Part shown: positions 20,057 through 30,279 of the stretch, in pieces
How the letters are laid out: each line of letters begins with the position of its first letter
How positions within the stretch are numbered: position 1 is the stretch's first letter
NCBI GenBank assembly: GCA_035946435.1
Contig: DASYZH010000353.1
Span: 2,376 to 66,375, forward strand
DNA: 64,000 nucleotides
Reading direction: 5' to 3'
Origin: Puia sp.
GTDB lineage: Bacteria; Bacteroidota; Bacteroidia; Chitinophagales; Chitinophagaceae
The notes under the pieces: generated by a model
What the model was told of the DNA's origin: nothing
Databases searched by the model: none
The model's input: the letters and a program-made list of their open reading frames with translations, nothing else
Made by a program: the position numbers and the translations under genes

Positions 20057-21633
20057 TAATTAGGATTTTGTGTGATGACACCCTTGCTTTCGTCAATGAT
20101 CTCCTGCGGAATCGGCATATAATAATCCTTGGGCCTCGAGAACGTCCGTGCAGGGATGACCACCGCCCCATTATACGGCGCCAGCGGCGACGCCGTCTTG
20201 GGCTTGCTCACGATGGTATCCAGGTCGATTATTTTGTCCTTGTCCCAACGCATAAGATCCTGCCAACGTACATTCTCACCGCCCAGCTCCACGCGGCGTT
20301 CGTGGATCAACTGTGGCATACCTGCCCCCGATTCCGGCATCAACCCCGCACGAAGCCGCACAGCATTCAATTCCGCATCCCCGGCCCCCGGGCCATTGAG
20401 CCTTATCTTTGCCTCTGCCGTCATCAAATATACGTCGCTGCTGCGCAGCAACGGCTGCTTCAACCCGAAATTGATCGACCCGCTGTTATCGCTCAAAAAA
20501 GCCGTGTATTTCCGGATACAATAACCCGTCGTCGTCATACTGGGCAACAACCTGCCGGTATTTTGCCCCACCCTGCCCGTGAACATCTGGTACGCATCAC
20601 CCGACGACACCGGGACCATATTTGTCTGGTAGGGAATCGAATCACCCACCTGGATCAGGGTCGCACGCTTCCGGAACGTGTCCGCCGCCTCGAACTCATC
20701 CGCGAAATTCTCGGTGGGATGATGGAAACCCCATCCCTGCCAGGCCCGTGGCGTATAATAGTAAGAGATCGCACTCTGTAACGCATTGGTGGATGTCTGC
20801 ACTTCGTTCCACACGGCGAAAAGCAATTCCGTATTGTTCGGCTGCGCATTGAAATCGAAGTTGTCGCTATAATGCGGCGCCAACGCATAATTGGGGTCGC
20901 TGACAACCATGCTGCCATACTGGATAGCCTGCTGGAATTTATCCTCGAAAAGATAGAGTTTGCACAACATACCCCAGGCCGCACCCTTGCTCACGCGTCC
21001 CTTATCCGCATCGTCATATGTTTCCGGTAAAAGATTCGCGGCCTGAAGCAGATCCGACTCGACCAACGCCCGCACCGTATCGACGGATGATTTGGGCACG
21101 TTGTAATTGGTAGCGCTCAGATTCTTTTCCGTGATCACCGGCACATCTCCATAGATCTCGCTCAGGATAAAATAGGAATAGGCTCGCAGGAAATAGGCCT
21201 CCCCCATCGATCGGTTCCGGATCGAGCTGTCCATGATCGGCACCTTGGGAATATAGTAGATCGCGTTGTTCGCCCGGGCGATCTGCTCATAGGCAAAAGG
21301 CCAGGTGATATAGATCAGCTGTAAGGTCGGATCGATGTTGAACCTGCCGATGCTGATAAAATCCGGATGGTCCCCATCCACGGAAATATCATCACTCTGA
21401 TCGTCGAAGGCATAAAGATCATGCCCGATCCAGTCTTCCGTGAATAATACATTGTAGATACCGTTTATCCCCGCAATAACATCGTTTTGATTCCGCCAGA
21501 AATTGTCGGTCGTATATACTCCGCTGGGGCTCTGGTCCAGCGGATGCTTGATACACCCAAAAAGCAGCGCCATGCTGGTAACCGCCGAAAAAAGCAGTAT
21601 GAAAAAGGATTTATAATTGAATTTGCGTTTCAT
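20053..21633 (-). CDS. SusD/RagB family lipoprotein
   Basis: The start was moved to ATG 21633. Lipobox LLFGC, GEAYFLRAYSY, GRVSKGAA and ERRVELGGE..RWQDL. Confidence 0.93.
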   Translation of the reverse strand: MKRKFNYKSFFILLFSAVTSMALLFGCIKHPLDQSPSGVYTTDNFWRNQNDVIAGINGIYNVLFTEDWIGHDLYAFDDQSDDISVDGDHPDFISIGRFNIDPTLQLIYITWPFAYEQIARANNAIYYIPKVPIMDSSIRNRSMGEAYFLRAYSYFILSEIYGDVPVITEKNLSATNYNVPKSSVDTVRALVESDLLQAANLLPETYDDADKGRVSKGAAWGMLCKLYLFEDKFQQAIQYGSMVVSDPNYALAPHYSDNFDFNAQPNNTELLFAVWNEVQTSTNALQSAISYYYTPRAWQGWGFHHPTENFADEFEAADTFRKRATLIQVGDSIPYQTNMVPVSSGDAYQMFTGRVGQNTGRLLPSMTTTGYCIRKYTAFLSDNSGSINFGLKQPLLRSSDVYLMTAEAKIRLNGPGAGDAELNAVRLRAGLMPESGAGMPQLIHERRVELGGENVRWQDLMRWDKDKIIDLDTIVSKPKTASPLAPYNGAVVIPARTFSRPKDYYMPIPQEIIDESKGVITQNPNY

Positions 21634-21652
21634 ATTGATCTGTTTTGACGGC

Positions 21653-24600
21653 TTAAAAATTAATGGTTCCACCTACAGTAAAGCTCCTGGCAGCCGGATA
21701 CTGCGCCAGATCCACACCACGCTGTAGTCCCGGCGTCTGCGAGCCAACGCTCGTATAACCCAGCTCCGGCGTGTATCCCGGATATTTGGTCATCATAAGT
21801 ACATTATAGCTGGTGGCATACACCCGGATCTCCGGAACCTTCCAGTCATTCACGGTAAACCGCGGCAACGTATAACCCAGTGTCAGGCTCTTCAGCGAAA
21901 GATAGTTGCCGTTGAATACCCACATGCTGGACGACCGGTAGTTATTATTCAGGTTATTGATGCTCAACCGCGGAATACTGTTGCTGGTTCCCTGCCCATG
22001 CCACCTGTTCTTCTGATCGGCATACCAGTTGTAAACCTGCGTAGCATCGAGCCCCGACAACCGGTCGGCATCATAAAGCTGGAAGCCCGTGGCGCCTACG
22101 AAATTAAAGCTCAGGTCAAAATGTGCATAATTCACCGACCCGTTGAACCCAAATACAAATTTCGGATTCGGATCGCCCAGCCGCACACGGTCACTGTCGC
22201 TGATCATACCATCCCCATTAATGTCCCTGAACCGAACGTCGCCTGGCTTGATATTGGGCTTGTTGGGGTCATTGGCGACATTCGGGTCCTTGTCGATATC
22301 GCTTTGCGATTGGTATAACCCATCAGCCTTGAAACCATAGAAAGAAGCGATCGGCTGCCCCTCGTACGTACGCGCAATATCGGCATTCTCGCGTCCATAG
22401 GGGGTTGAAGCCAAATACGTGCTCGACCCATAAAGTTTAGTGATCTTGTTACGCAGGAATGAACCGTTGGCGCCGATAGAGTAGCTCACCTTCCCCACGG
22501 TATTCCGGTAAGCCAGCTCGATCTCGATGCCATGGTTGTTCAATTTGCCTAAATTGAAATCAGGCAAGTTCACGTTACCCGGATCATCCGGCAGATTGGT
22601 CTGCGCGCCAAAGGTCTCGACAAGCTGGAAAGGGATCAGCATGTCCGACGTATTTTTATTGAAATAAGTTATCGTACCGGTCAAATGGTTATTCAACGCC
22701 GCAGCCTCTAACGAGATGGTAGTTGTCACAGCCCGCTCCCAGGTAATATTGGGATTGGCAAGCGACGTGATCACCGCTCCCGCCTGGTTGGTAGTATTCG
22801 ACGCACCATAATTGTATCCATAGCCGCTGGTCTGCTGGATGATGCTCATGTACTGAAAGTCCCCTACATTTTGGTTACCCAGCTGTCCCCAGCCGCCCGT
22901 GATCTTCAGCATCGGCAGCACATTCTTAATGCCCCCGTCATAGAATTTCTCGTCGGAGATCCGCCAGCCGGCCGAGAATGCCGGGAAATAACCCCAACGC
23001 TTCCCGGGCGCAAACTTGCTCGAACCATCCGCACGAAACGTGGCCGTCAGCAGGTACTTGCCCGCATAGGCATAGTTGGCCCGCACAAATTCGGACTGCA
23101 GCCCCCAGGGATTGAAATTGTATCCATTGTTGGAGATCGAGCTGCTCCCAAGACCCAACACCCGTTGATCCGAACTCGTATCGCTAAACCCGCTACGGGA
23201 TGCCACGAAATAATTACCCGTAAAGGTCTGCGCCGAATACCCGCCGGTCAACGTCAGCGCATGCTCGCCAAAACTATGATTATACGTCAGATAATATTCC
23301 TCCAGCAACGTGGTTTGCTTGCTATATGACTGTTGCAACGAAGCGAGTGCAGGCCCGCGCGTCTGATTCGGCATGGCATTGTCGAATTCGTAATACTCGT
23401 CGGTATTGTGATCGTAGCCATAGTTGGCGCGGATCTTTAACCCCTTTACGATCTCCAGCTCCGCATAAAAATTGGCCAGCACCCGGTCGATATTGTTGTA
23501 GCGTTGCGTCTCCTTAGCAGTAGCCACGGGATTATTGATGTCCCCTAGCTGGTTATCGGCCTGCGAGGTGCCCCAGCTTCCATCGGGATTCGTCACCGGG
23601 ATCGCCGGATTGAACCGTATCGCACTCCAGACAGTGCCGGTTTGCGAAGAGTGCGTGTTAGCTTCCGCATTTCCCGAGGCGCCATTCACCGTACCCGTAG
23701 TATAGGAGTACACCGCATTCTCACCGATCTTTAGCCGGCTCCCAATCTTATGCTCGCTATTGATCCGGAGACTATACCGCTTGAAATAGGTGTTGGGGAT
23801 CATCCCCTTTTCATTATAATAGTTACCCGAAAAGCTGTAGTTGGAATATTTATTGCCACCCCGCATAGCAACATCGGCATTCGCCACATCCCCATTACCC
23901 AGCAATGCCCGTTGCCAGTCCGTGCGCTGCGTAGCATAATACGAGTTGCTCCAAATGGTTGGCACACTCAGGCCATCGTTCGTATAGGCTTCGTTCTTGA
24001 GCGCTACGAGATCAGGCGCCTTCAGCATATCGATGAACTTTACGGGTGACTTGACCCCACCGTAAACATTCGCCGAAACCTTTAGCAGGTCCTCGTAACT
24101 ACCCTTCTTCGTCGTGATCAGCACCACCCCGTTGGCCGCCCGGCTTCCATAGATGGCGGATGCGGAAGCATCCTTGAGGATTTCTATCGACGCGATATCG
24201 TTCGAGTTGACGTCATTGAGGCCGCCCGACGGTACGCCATCGATCACAACCAGCGGATCGGAATTGTTGATCGTTCCCGTACCCAACACCCGGATACTGG
24301 GAACACTGCCGGGTGAACCATCGTCACGGACAATATCCACACCCGTGGCACGACCCTGGATCGCATCCGCTGCATTGCTCGTAGGCAGGTTCCTGATATC
24401 GTCCCCTTTTACACTACTGATACTACCGGTCACATCCCGCTTTTTCTGCGTACCGTAACCCACAACAACGGCATTCTCCAAGCCGGTCGCATTGAGCTGC
24501 ATCTGCGCCGAAACCGTCCGCTGTCCCGCGCTAACCGCGATCACCTGGCCTTTATAACCCACATACGTAAGGGCCAGCTCCGCACTCCCCGACACCATGA

Positions 24601-25114
24601 TGGTAAAATTACCGGCATCATCCGTCGTGGTCGTCCTGCTGGTATTGACAACTTTTACCGTCACTCCACCAAGACCCTTGCCCGTCTCATCCAACACCTT
24701 CCCCTTCACAGGGCGGTCAGCCGTATCGCTGGCCATGGGCTCGGGCTCCGGCTCCGGCGCCGGCGAGATGATCACCTTCCGCTGCCCGATGGTATAGGTG
24801 AACTTACGGCCCAATACCATGCGCAGGATGCTCCCCAGCGGGGCATCCGTGACATCCAGATCGACCTTTCCCAATTCCTTGAGATAGTCGTTGTTATAAA
24901 AGAATTTGTAATGACTTTCTTTTTGGATCGTGCTGAAGATCAAGCTGGCGTCCGCCTGTTTGAAATGCAGGCTGAAGGTCTCCTGGGAATACCCTCTGGC
25001 GGATACCTGTAAACAGGCCGCCATCACCAACAAAAAACTCAGTTTCATAAGCAGAAGCAATTTCAGGCATGGGGATAGCCCCCCGAAAGGTTTCACCTTT
25101 CTGGATTTCTTCAT
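21653..25114 (-). CDS. SusC/RagA TonB-dependent transducer with N-terminal STN signalling domain
   Basis: Long N-terminal extension (MKLSFLL...SQETFSLHFK), VVVGYGTQKK, ILKDASASAIYGSRAANGVVLITTK and NPNITWE. It lies downstream of FecR. Confidence 0.95.
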   Translation of the reverse strand: MKKSRKVKPFGGLSPCLKLLLLMKLSFLLVMAACLQVSARGYSQETFSLHFKQADASLIFSTIQKESHYKFFYNNDYLKELGKVDLDVTDAPLGSILRMVLGRKFTYTIGQRKVIISPAPEPEPEPMASDTADRPVKGKVLDETGKGLGGVTVKVVNTSRTTTTDDAGNFTIMVSGSAELALTYVGYKGQVIAVSAGQRTVSAQMQLNATGLENAVVVGYGTQKKRDVTGSISSVKGDDIRNLPTSNAADAIQGRATGVDIVRDDGSPGSVPSIRVLGTGTINNSDPLVVIDGVPSGGLNDVNSNDIASIEILKDASASAIYGSRAANGVVLITTKKGSYEDLLKVSANVYGGVKSPVKFIDMLKAPDLVALKNEAYTNDGLSVPTIWSNSYYATQRTDWQRALLGNGDVANADVAMRGGNKYSNYSFSGNYYNEKGMIPNTYFKRYSLRINSEHKIGSRLKIGENAVYSYTTGTVNGASGNAEANTHSSQTGTVWSAIRFNPAIPVTNPDGSWGTSQADNQLGDINNPVATAKETQRYNNIDRVLANFYAELEIVKGLKIRANYGYDHNTDEYYEFDNAMPNQTRGPALASLQQSYSKQTTLLEEYYLTYNHSFGEHALTLTGGYSAQTFTGNYFVASRSGFSDTSSDQRVLGLGSSSISNNGYNFNPWGLQSEFVRANYAYAGKYLLTATFRADGSSKFAPGKRWGYFPAFSAGWRISDEKFYDGGIKNVLPMLKITGGWGQLGNQNVGDFQYMSIIQQTSGYGYNYGASNTTNQAGAVITSLANPNITWERAVTTTISLEAAALNNHLTGTITYFNKNTSDMLIPFQLVETFGAQTNLPDDPGNVNLPDFNLGKLNNHGIEIELAYRNTVGKVSYSIGANGSFLRNKITKLYGSSTYLASTPYGRENADIARTYEGQPIASFYGFKADGLYQSQSDIDKDPNVANDPNKPNIKPGDVRFRDINGDGMISDSDRVRLGDPNPKFVFGFNGSVNYAHFDLSFNFVGATGFQLYDADRLSGLDATQVYNWYADQKNRWHGQGTSNSIPRLSINNLNNNYRSSSMWVFNGNYLSLKSLTLGYTLPRFTVNDWKVPEIRVYATSYNVLMMTKYPGYTPELGYTSVGSQTPGLQRGVDLAQYPAARSFTVGGTINF

Positions 25115-25169
25115 AAATTTGTTTTGGTGGGGGAAGAGTGCCACCTCTTCCCCCTGTTTATTATTCTAG

Positions 25170-26258
25170 TTACAGGTCCGGCGTTAGCCGGACCTTTTTG
25201 CCCTCGATACTGTACTTGAATTTGGTGGTCATCTGGAGGATATCCAGCACCTGCCCGATCGTTTCCTTTTCAAAGACCCCGCTCAAATGCGCCTCCTTCA
25301 ACCGCTCATCCGCGATGTCGATCTGCACGTCATAACGCCGCTCCAACATTCTGGCCACCTCTTCGAATGTTTCATTGCTGAATGCCAGCCGGTTCTCTAT
25401 CCAGGCCGTTTCCGGCAATGAATCGTCCCCGGCCTTCGGCACACCCTGCACCTGATAATGCAAAGCATTCCCCACCAGATCCGGCGTGGCGCCCGTTTCG
25501 GGAACAGGGTTCATCACGGTCAGCTTTTCGTTGGGGCTCAACACGATCTTCTTGTCCGGCTCGCCATCCATCATCACCTGTACCTTCCCACTGATCAGCG
25601 TGGTCGATACCGCCGGTTCATCCCGGTAGGCCTTGACATTGAACCGTGTCCCCAACACCTTGATGGTTATCTTGCCGGCATGTACCAAAAACGGCATGCC
25701 TTCATGTTTCGCTACGTCAAAAAAACCTTCCCCGTCCAGCGTGACCTCCCGCTTGCCGCCGGTAAACACATCGGGATAATACAGCCGGCTTCCGGCATTC
25801 AACCACACCGTGGTCCCATCGCCCAGTATAATCTTGCTCCGGTGACCATTGCCCACATTCAACATCTTATCGACGTACTGCATCCGGGAAGGATCCCGGT
25901 CGCTCCGGAAGTACCAAACCGCAGTCCCCGCAACCGCCAGGATCACCACTGCAGCAGCCATCCATCGCCACATCCGCGGCATCCGGTCGGGCCTCTGGTC
26001 TTCCATGGTTACCACTTCTTTTAACCTGCCGGCAAGCCGTCTCCAACCATTACCCGCCAGCTCTTCTTCGGGGATATTCCGTTCAAAATGCTCGGGGCTC
26101 CCCTTCAGGGACCCCACAATCGCTTCCAATAAACCATAGGATGGGTTATCCGCCAGCAGACGCTCTAATTCCTGCAGTTCCTCAACCGATGCATCTTTCC
26201 CGAGTTTTTTTGCCATTAGTTCGATGATCCTCGAACTGTTCATCAAATTTTCAGTCAT
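25170..26258 (-). CDS. FecR family anti-sigma factor
   Basis: One TM helix, LGDGTTVWLNAGS, EVTLDGEGFFDV, VLGTRFNV and LERRYDV. The start could be 26258 or 26243. Confidence 0.92.
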   Translation of the reverse strand: MTENLMNSSRIIELMAKKLGKDASVEELQELERLLADNPSYGLLEAIVGSLKGSPEHFERNIPEEELAGNGWRRLAGRLKEVVTMEDQRPDRMPRMWRWMAAAVVILAVAGTAVWYFRSDRDPSRMQYVDKMLNVGNGHRSKIILGDGTTVWLNAGSRLYYPDVFTGGKREVTLDGEGFFDVAKHEGMPFLVHAGKITIKVLGTRFNVKAYRDEPAVSTTLISGKVQVMMDGEPDKKIVLSPNEKLTVMNPVPETGATPDLVGNALHYQVQGVPKAGDDSLPETAWIENRLAFSNETFEEVARMLERRYDVQIDIADERLKEAHLSGVFEKETIGQVLDILQMTTKFKYSIEGKKVRLTPDL

Positions 26259-26289
26259 GCTGACACAAGGACACAGCAAGTCACAGAAA

Positions 26290-26320
26290 TTCTTAAAAGA
26301 CTCGCCGATTTTCTTAAAAG
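26290..26320. repeat. 10-bp direct repeat with 21-bp period between ECF sigma and fecR
   Basis: TTCTTAAAAG at 26290-26299 and 26311-26320. Confidence 0.6.
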
Positions 26321-26333
26321 GAATGAAAAAAAT

Positions 26334-26894
26334 TTAGACCCTGATCCGGTGCTGTTGTAGCGAAGGTTTTAGCACCGCTTCCAGCTTTCTAAGCGCAATG
26401 GTAAGCTGGGTCGTAACGGTCTTATAGGAGATAGACAAAATGGCCGCGACTTCGGCCGCCGAGAGACCATCCTCTTTTACCAGCTTGAATATCAGCTTAC
26501 ATCGCGGTGGCAAGCCCTCGATGGCCGCCTCGATCCGCCGCCGCAGCTCATCCGTGACCAGCAGCTGCTCGGGATCAGGACTCAGATAAAAATGATGCAC
26601 AGCCTGCTTCCCCAGGTCCGTGTCCAGCCGGTTCTTCGACTGCCGCAGATAGTTGACGGCCGTATTCTTCACCGCCACATATAAATAGACGGAAATATTC
26701 TCGATCCGGTCGATCCGGCCCCGGTTATGCCAGAGCTTCAGAAAGACATCATTGACGATCTCTTCGGACAACTCCCTGTTCTGTACAAAAGTAAAAGCAA
26801 ACTGAAACAGCCGGAATACATTGGCCTCATAGAACTCCCGGAAAGCGAGTTCATCATTCTCGAATTGTATTCGATGCAGTAGTAATGGTTGCAT
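26334..26894 (-). CDS. ECF RNA polymerase sigma-70 factor
   Basis: EEIVNDVFLKLW, YLYVAVKN, LPPRCKLIFKL and EVAAILSISYKTV. It is adjacent to fecR. Confidence 0.95.
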   Translation of the reverse strand: MQPLLLHRIQFENDELAFREFYEANVFRLFQFAFTFVQNRELSEEIVNDVFLKLWHNRGRIDRIENISVYLYVAVKNTAVNYLRQSKNRLDTDLGKQAVHHFYLSPDPEQLLVTDELRRRIEAAIEGLPPRCKLIFKLVKEDGLSAAEVAAILSISYKTVTTQLTIALRKLEAVLKPSLQQHRIRV

Positions 26895-26896
26895 AG

Positions 26897-29800
26897 TTAC
26901 TCCGGCCTTATGATCTGCACCGGACCCTTGTTTTTTACAGCTACTATCAGTGTACCGGCACGAGACCGTAACGACGTAATATTACGAATATCCCCCGGCA
27001 TAAACAACTCATCGTTTTGATTGGGCACCGGCACAAAGCCTCCCTTGCCATCCCCTTTCAGGAATAATCCCATCCCCGCATCGAGCGGACCCTCCGCCAC
27101 ACGAAAGGGATAGAAGTTACCCGCGATCAGCAGATCGGCCTTGCCGTCCCCATCCAGATCCTGCAACACGATCCCATTCACCGCGCTGATCTGCGCCAGC
27201 ATTGGCAACGCCTCCGCCTGGAACACCTTCCCCTTTCGTCGCAATACAACCGATTGCGTCATGTACATAGCAAGCCGCCCCCTTCCCCCCGTCGCCAGTT
27301 GCCCTGGTGTAAAAAGATCGTTGAGCTGCACATCGGCAAAATCACTATACCGCGGATATTTCTTCTGCTGTGCCGGCATTTGCTCAAATAGTTCATCCCG
27401 GCTAAAAAAGGGATAAGCCTTTCCCCCATTATAATAAGATAGGATCGGGTCCGTCACCCCATCGTTGTCGAAATCCCCATACGTAAGCGTCAGCGGCTCT
27501 GTTGCCGATGCCCGAAACTGCGTATTCAGCCCAAGCCCACCCGCAACAATATCGACCTCACCATCCCCATCCACGTCACCCGCCGCCAGCCGGCACCACC
27601 ATCCCTCCGTACCCGCCAGCCCATATTGCGCCGTCCGGTTCTCCAACCGTCCCTGATGATTTTCAAAGATGCTCACCGGCATAAACGGCCCGGCCACCAC
27701 CAGGTCCGGCCAGCCGTCCTTATTGACATCCATCCACAGCGCATCGGCAACCATCCCGCCATGCGTCAAGGTGGAATCTTCCGGCATTTTCTCGAACCGG
27801 ATATGCCCCCTGGTGCTTTTGTTCTTCAACACAAAACTTTCCGGCGGATCGGGATACAACCCCGGCCGGACATACCCGCCCACAAAAAGATCGGGCAGCC
27901 CATCCTTATCGATGTCCGCCGCGCGTACACAACTCCCACTGACATGCTCCACCGGCAACGCATCCGCCACCTGCCGGAAATGCCCTTTTCCATCATTTTC
28001 AAAAAACCGGTCCTGGTACCGCGCATCATCGAGCGGATAATCCGCTCCGCCGCTCACCAGGTACAGATCCAGATCGCCATCGCCATCCGCGTCAAAGAAC
28101 AACGCATCCATATTGCAAAAGGCCGTCGACCCATTCCAGGGTTGATCCGCCGCCGGCACAAACTTCCCATCTTTTGTCTGCAGATAAAGCATGCTCGGAA
28201 AACCCGCCGATCCCCCGATAAAAAGATCGTCCAATCCATCCCCATTCACATCCCCCTTCGCCACACAGGGCCCCACCTTCGACAGCTGATAAGGCAACAA
28301 TGGCGAAATTTTAAAATCCACCGTCGGGCTTTGGTCATGCACAAAGTTCACCCCGCTCTCCGCGGTAACATCCCGGAAATGCATCCGGCTCGTCGTATCC
28401 TGTATCAAAAATGTCAATTCATCCCCTGCCCTCTCCTTTATCACCAACGTCGTATCCGCACGAATTCCATCAAGATCCAATATTTTCCCCGAAGGCCATT
28501 GAATCCTCAATTGCTCCACCACACTATCCTCCCCTAACCCAATATGCATCACGGGATCCACCGAGCTCTGAAAACCACGAGCCGTATACTGCTCCTGCAT
28601 CTGATGCGAATGCGCCGCGTTTACATATACCTTAGCCCCAATCCCATCCGTATTCTCACCGAAACCCTTCAGCTTCAACCGCAACCAATGACTACCCGGC
28701 TTACCCGCCGTATGATTCTCATAGATCGTCGCCTCCCCATTGAGATTATTCACCACCAGATCCAGATCCCCATCATTATCCAGATCGACATACGCCGCCC
28801 CATCATGGAACCCCGGTTGATCGATCCCCCAGGCCGACGTCACATCCTCAAAACCCAGGTTATGGTTATTGCGAAAAAGATAGTTCTGCAATTTTGTCGA
28901 CGGCATCTGCTGCTCCAGCTTCCACATCGCCGCCTTGCTCGCGCCGCCCTCATCATAGCTCGCCGAATACCCCGACGTATATTTGATAAAATCCAGATTG
29001 GTGATATCCCGTGGTATCCCATTGGTAACAAAAAGGTCCTTCCACCCATCATTGTCGAAGTCGGCAAATAAGGGCGCCCAACTCCAGTCGGTACTCGAGA
29101 TCCCCGCCAGCTGCGCTACTTCGCTAAAATGCGGCATCCCCGTACTGTCATTACCCCGGTTAAGCTGCAACGTGTTCTGCATGATTTGATGCTGCATCCC
29201 ATTCTCCGCCCGCCGCATATACTGATCATAAGGGTCAGCACCCCTGAGCAGTTTCCGTCGATGATTGTCTTCCGGCAACATGTCCAACGCCACGATATCC
29301 GGCAAACCGTCGTTATTATAATCCGCAACATCGGATCCCATCGCAAATTCGCTGATATGCCCCGCCGCCTTGTCCAGCACCTCGCGGAACGTCCCATCAT
29401 GGTTGTTCAAATAAAGGAAATCCCGCTCTTCATAATCATTGGTAGTATAGATATCCGGCCAGCCGTCCCCATTGACATCGCTAATGGAAACGCTAAGCCC
29501 GAAGTTCAGTCCGCTGCCATTGATCCCCGCCTGCTCGCTGATATCGGTGAAATGACCATGATCGTTTCTATAAAGCCGGTTGCCGAATTTGGGATTCCGC
29601 GTAGACCGCAGCTTTTCGGTATTAAAAAAGGGGTTGTAGAACATATTGGCGTCGTTCACCATGAACATATCCAGGTCGCCATCATTGTCCATATCGAAAA
29701 ATGCCACCGCCGTCGTATACGTCCCCGGCGCATCCAGGCCATAATCCTTCGCCCGTTCGGTAAAATGGGGCACTCCGTTCTTAACCCCATCGTTGATATA

Positions 29801-30226
29801 CAGCTCATTCGCACGATCCGCATCTGTCCCCTCGCCGGAGTAACATACATAGATATCCGGCAATCCATCTCCATTGACATCCGCCATCACCGCCCCCGTC
29901 TTCCATCCCTTTCGTCCCGCTACTCCCGCCTTATCCGTAACATCCTCGAATTGCATGTTCCCCTTGTTCAGATAAAGCTTGTTGGCTCCCGTGTTGGCCG
30001 TAAAATAAAGGTCCGGCAACCCATCCCCGTTGACATCGCCCACGGCCACGCCGCCCCCATTATACAGATACTCATAGGTCAGGATATTGGTATTCTCATC
30101 TTCGGTGATGTCATTGCGAAAATCCACATGCGTCTGCGATGCCGGCAATGCCGTAAACACTGTGTTACGGGGCCGCCCGCACGCTGCAAGAGCAACACAC
30201 AAACCTGCTACCAGATACCTTTTCAT
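26897..30226 (-). CDS. FG-GAP/VCBS repeat lipoprotein, CRTAC1/ASPIC-UnbV family
   Basis: Lipobox LAAC, repeated DxNGDG/DxDNDG motifs, and an ASPIC/UnbV-like segment (WLRLKLKG...GIGAKV...GFQSS...HIGLG). Confidence 0.9.
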   Translation of the reverse strand: MKRYLVAGLCVALAACGRPRNTVFTALPASQTHVDFRNDITEDENTNILTYEYLYNGGGVAVGDVNGDGLPDLYFTANTGANKLYLNKGNMQFEDVTDKAGVAGRKGWKTGAVMADVNGDGLPDIYVCYSGEGTDADRANELYINDGVKNGVPHFTERAKDYGLDAPGTYTTAVAFFDMDNDGDLDMFMVNDANMFYNPFFNTEKLRSTRNPKFGNRLYRNDHGHFTDISEQAGINGSGLNFGLSVSISDVNGDGWPDIYTTNDYEERDFLYLNNHDGTFREVLDKAAGHISEFAMGSDVADYNNDGLPDIVALDMLPEDNHRRKLLRGADPYDQYMRRAENGMQHQIMQNTLQLNRGNDSTGMPHFSEVAQLAGISSTDWSWAPLFADFDNDGWKDLFVTNGIPRDITNLDFIKYTSGYSASYDEGGASKAAMWKLEQQMPSTKLQNYLFRNNHNLGFEDVTSAWGIDQPGFHDGAAYVDLDNDGDLDLVVNNLNGEATIYENHTAGKPGSHWLRLKLKGFGENTDGIGAKVYVNAAHSHQMQEQYTARGFQSSVDPVMHIGLGEDSVVEQLRIQWPSGKILDLDGIRADTTLVIKERAGDELTFLIQDTTSRMHFRDVTAESGVNFVHDQSPTVDFKISPLLPYQLSKVGPCVAKGDVNGDGLDDLFIGGSAGFPSMLYLQTKDGKFVPAADQPWNGSTAFCNMDALFFDADGDGDLDLYLVSGGADYPLDDARYQDRFFENDGKGHFRQVADALPVEHVSGSCVRAADIDKDGLPDLFVGGYVRPGLYPDPPESFVLKNKSTRGHIRFEKMPEDSTLTHGGMVADALWMDVNKDGWPDLVVAGPFMPVSIFENHQGRLENRTAQYGLAGTEGWWCRLAAGDVDGDGEVDIVAGGLGLNTQFRASATEPLTLTYGDFDNDGVTDPILSYYNGGKAYPFFSRDELFEQMPAQQKKYPRYSDFADVQLNDLFTPGQLATGGRGRLAMYMTQSVVLRRKGKVFQAEALPMLAQISAVNGIVLQDLDGDGKADLLIAGNFYPFRVAEGPLDAGMGLFLKGDGKGGFVPVPNQNDELFMPGDIRNITSLRSRAGTLIVAVKNKGPVQIIRPE

Positions 30227-30250
30227 GCCGAAAAGATAGTACTTTTATCT

Positions 30251-30269
30251 AAGCCGCCGCCGGCGGCTT
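30251..30269. other. GC-rich hairpin in the short divergent intergenic region
   Basis: AAGCCGCC-gcc-GGCGGCTT, flanked by T-rich runs. Confidence 0.5.
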
Positions 30270-30279
30270 CTTTACATCT

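Noticed and set aside
26897-30226. Recurrent CCATCCCC(G/A)TT motifs
   Set aside because: They encode the FG-GAP DxNGDG calcium-binding repeats and are not a DNA element.
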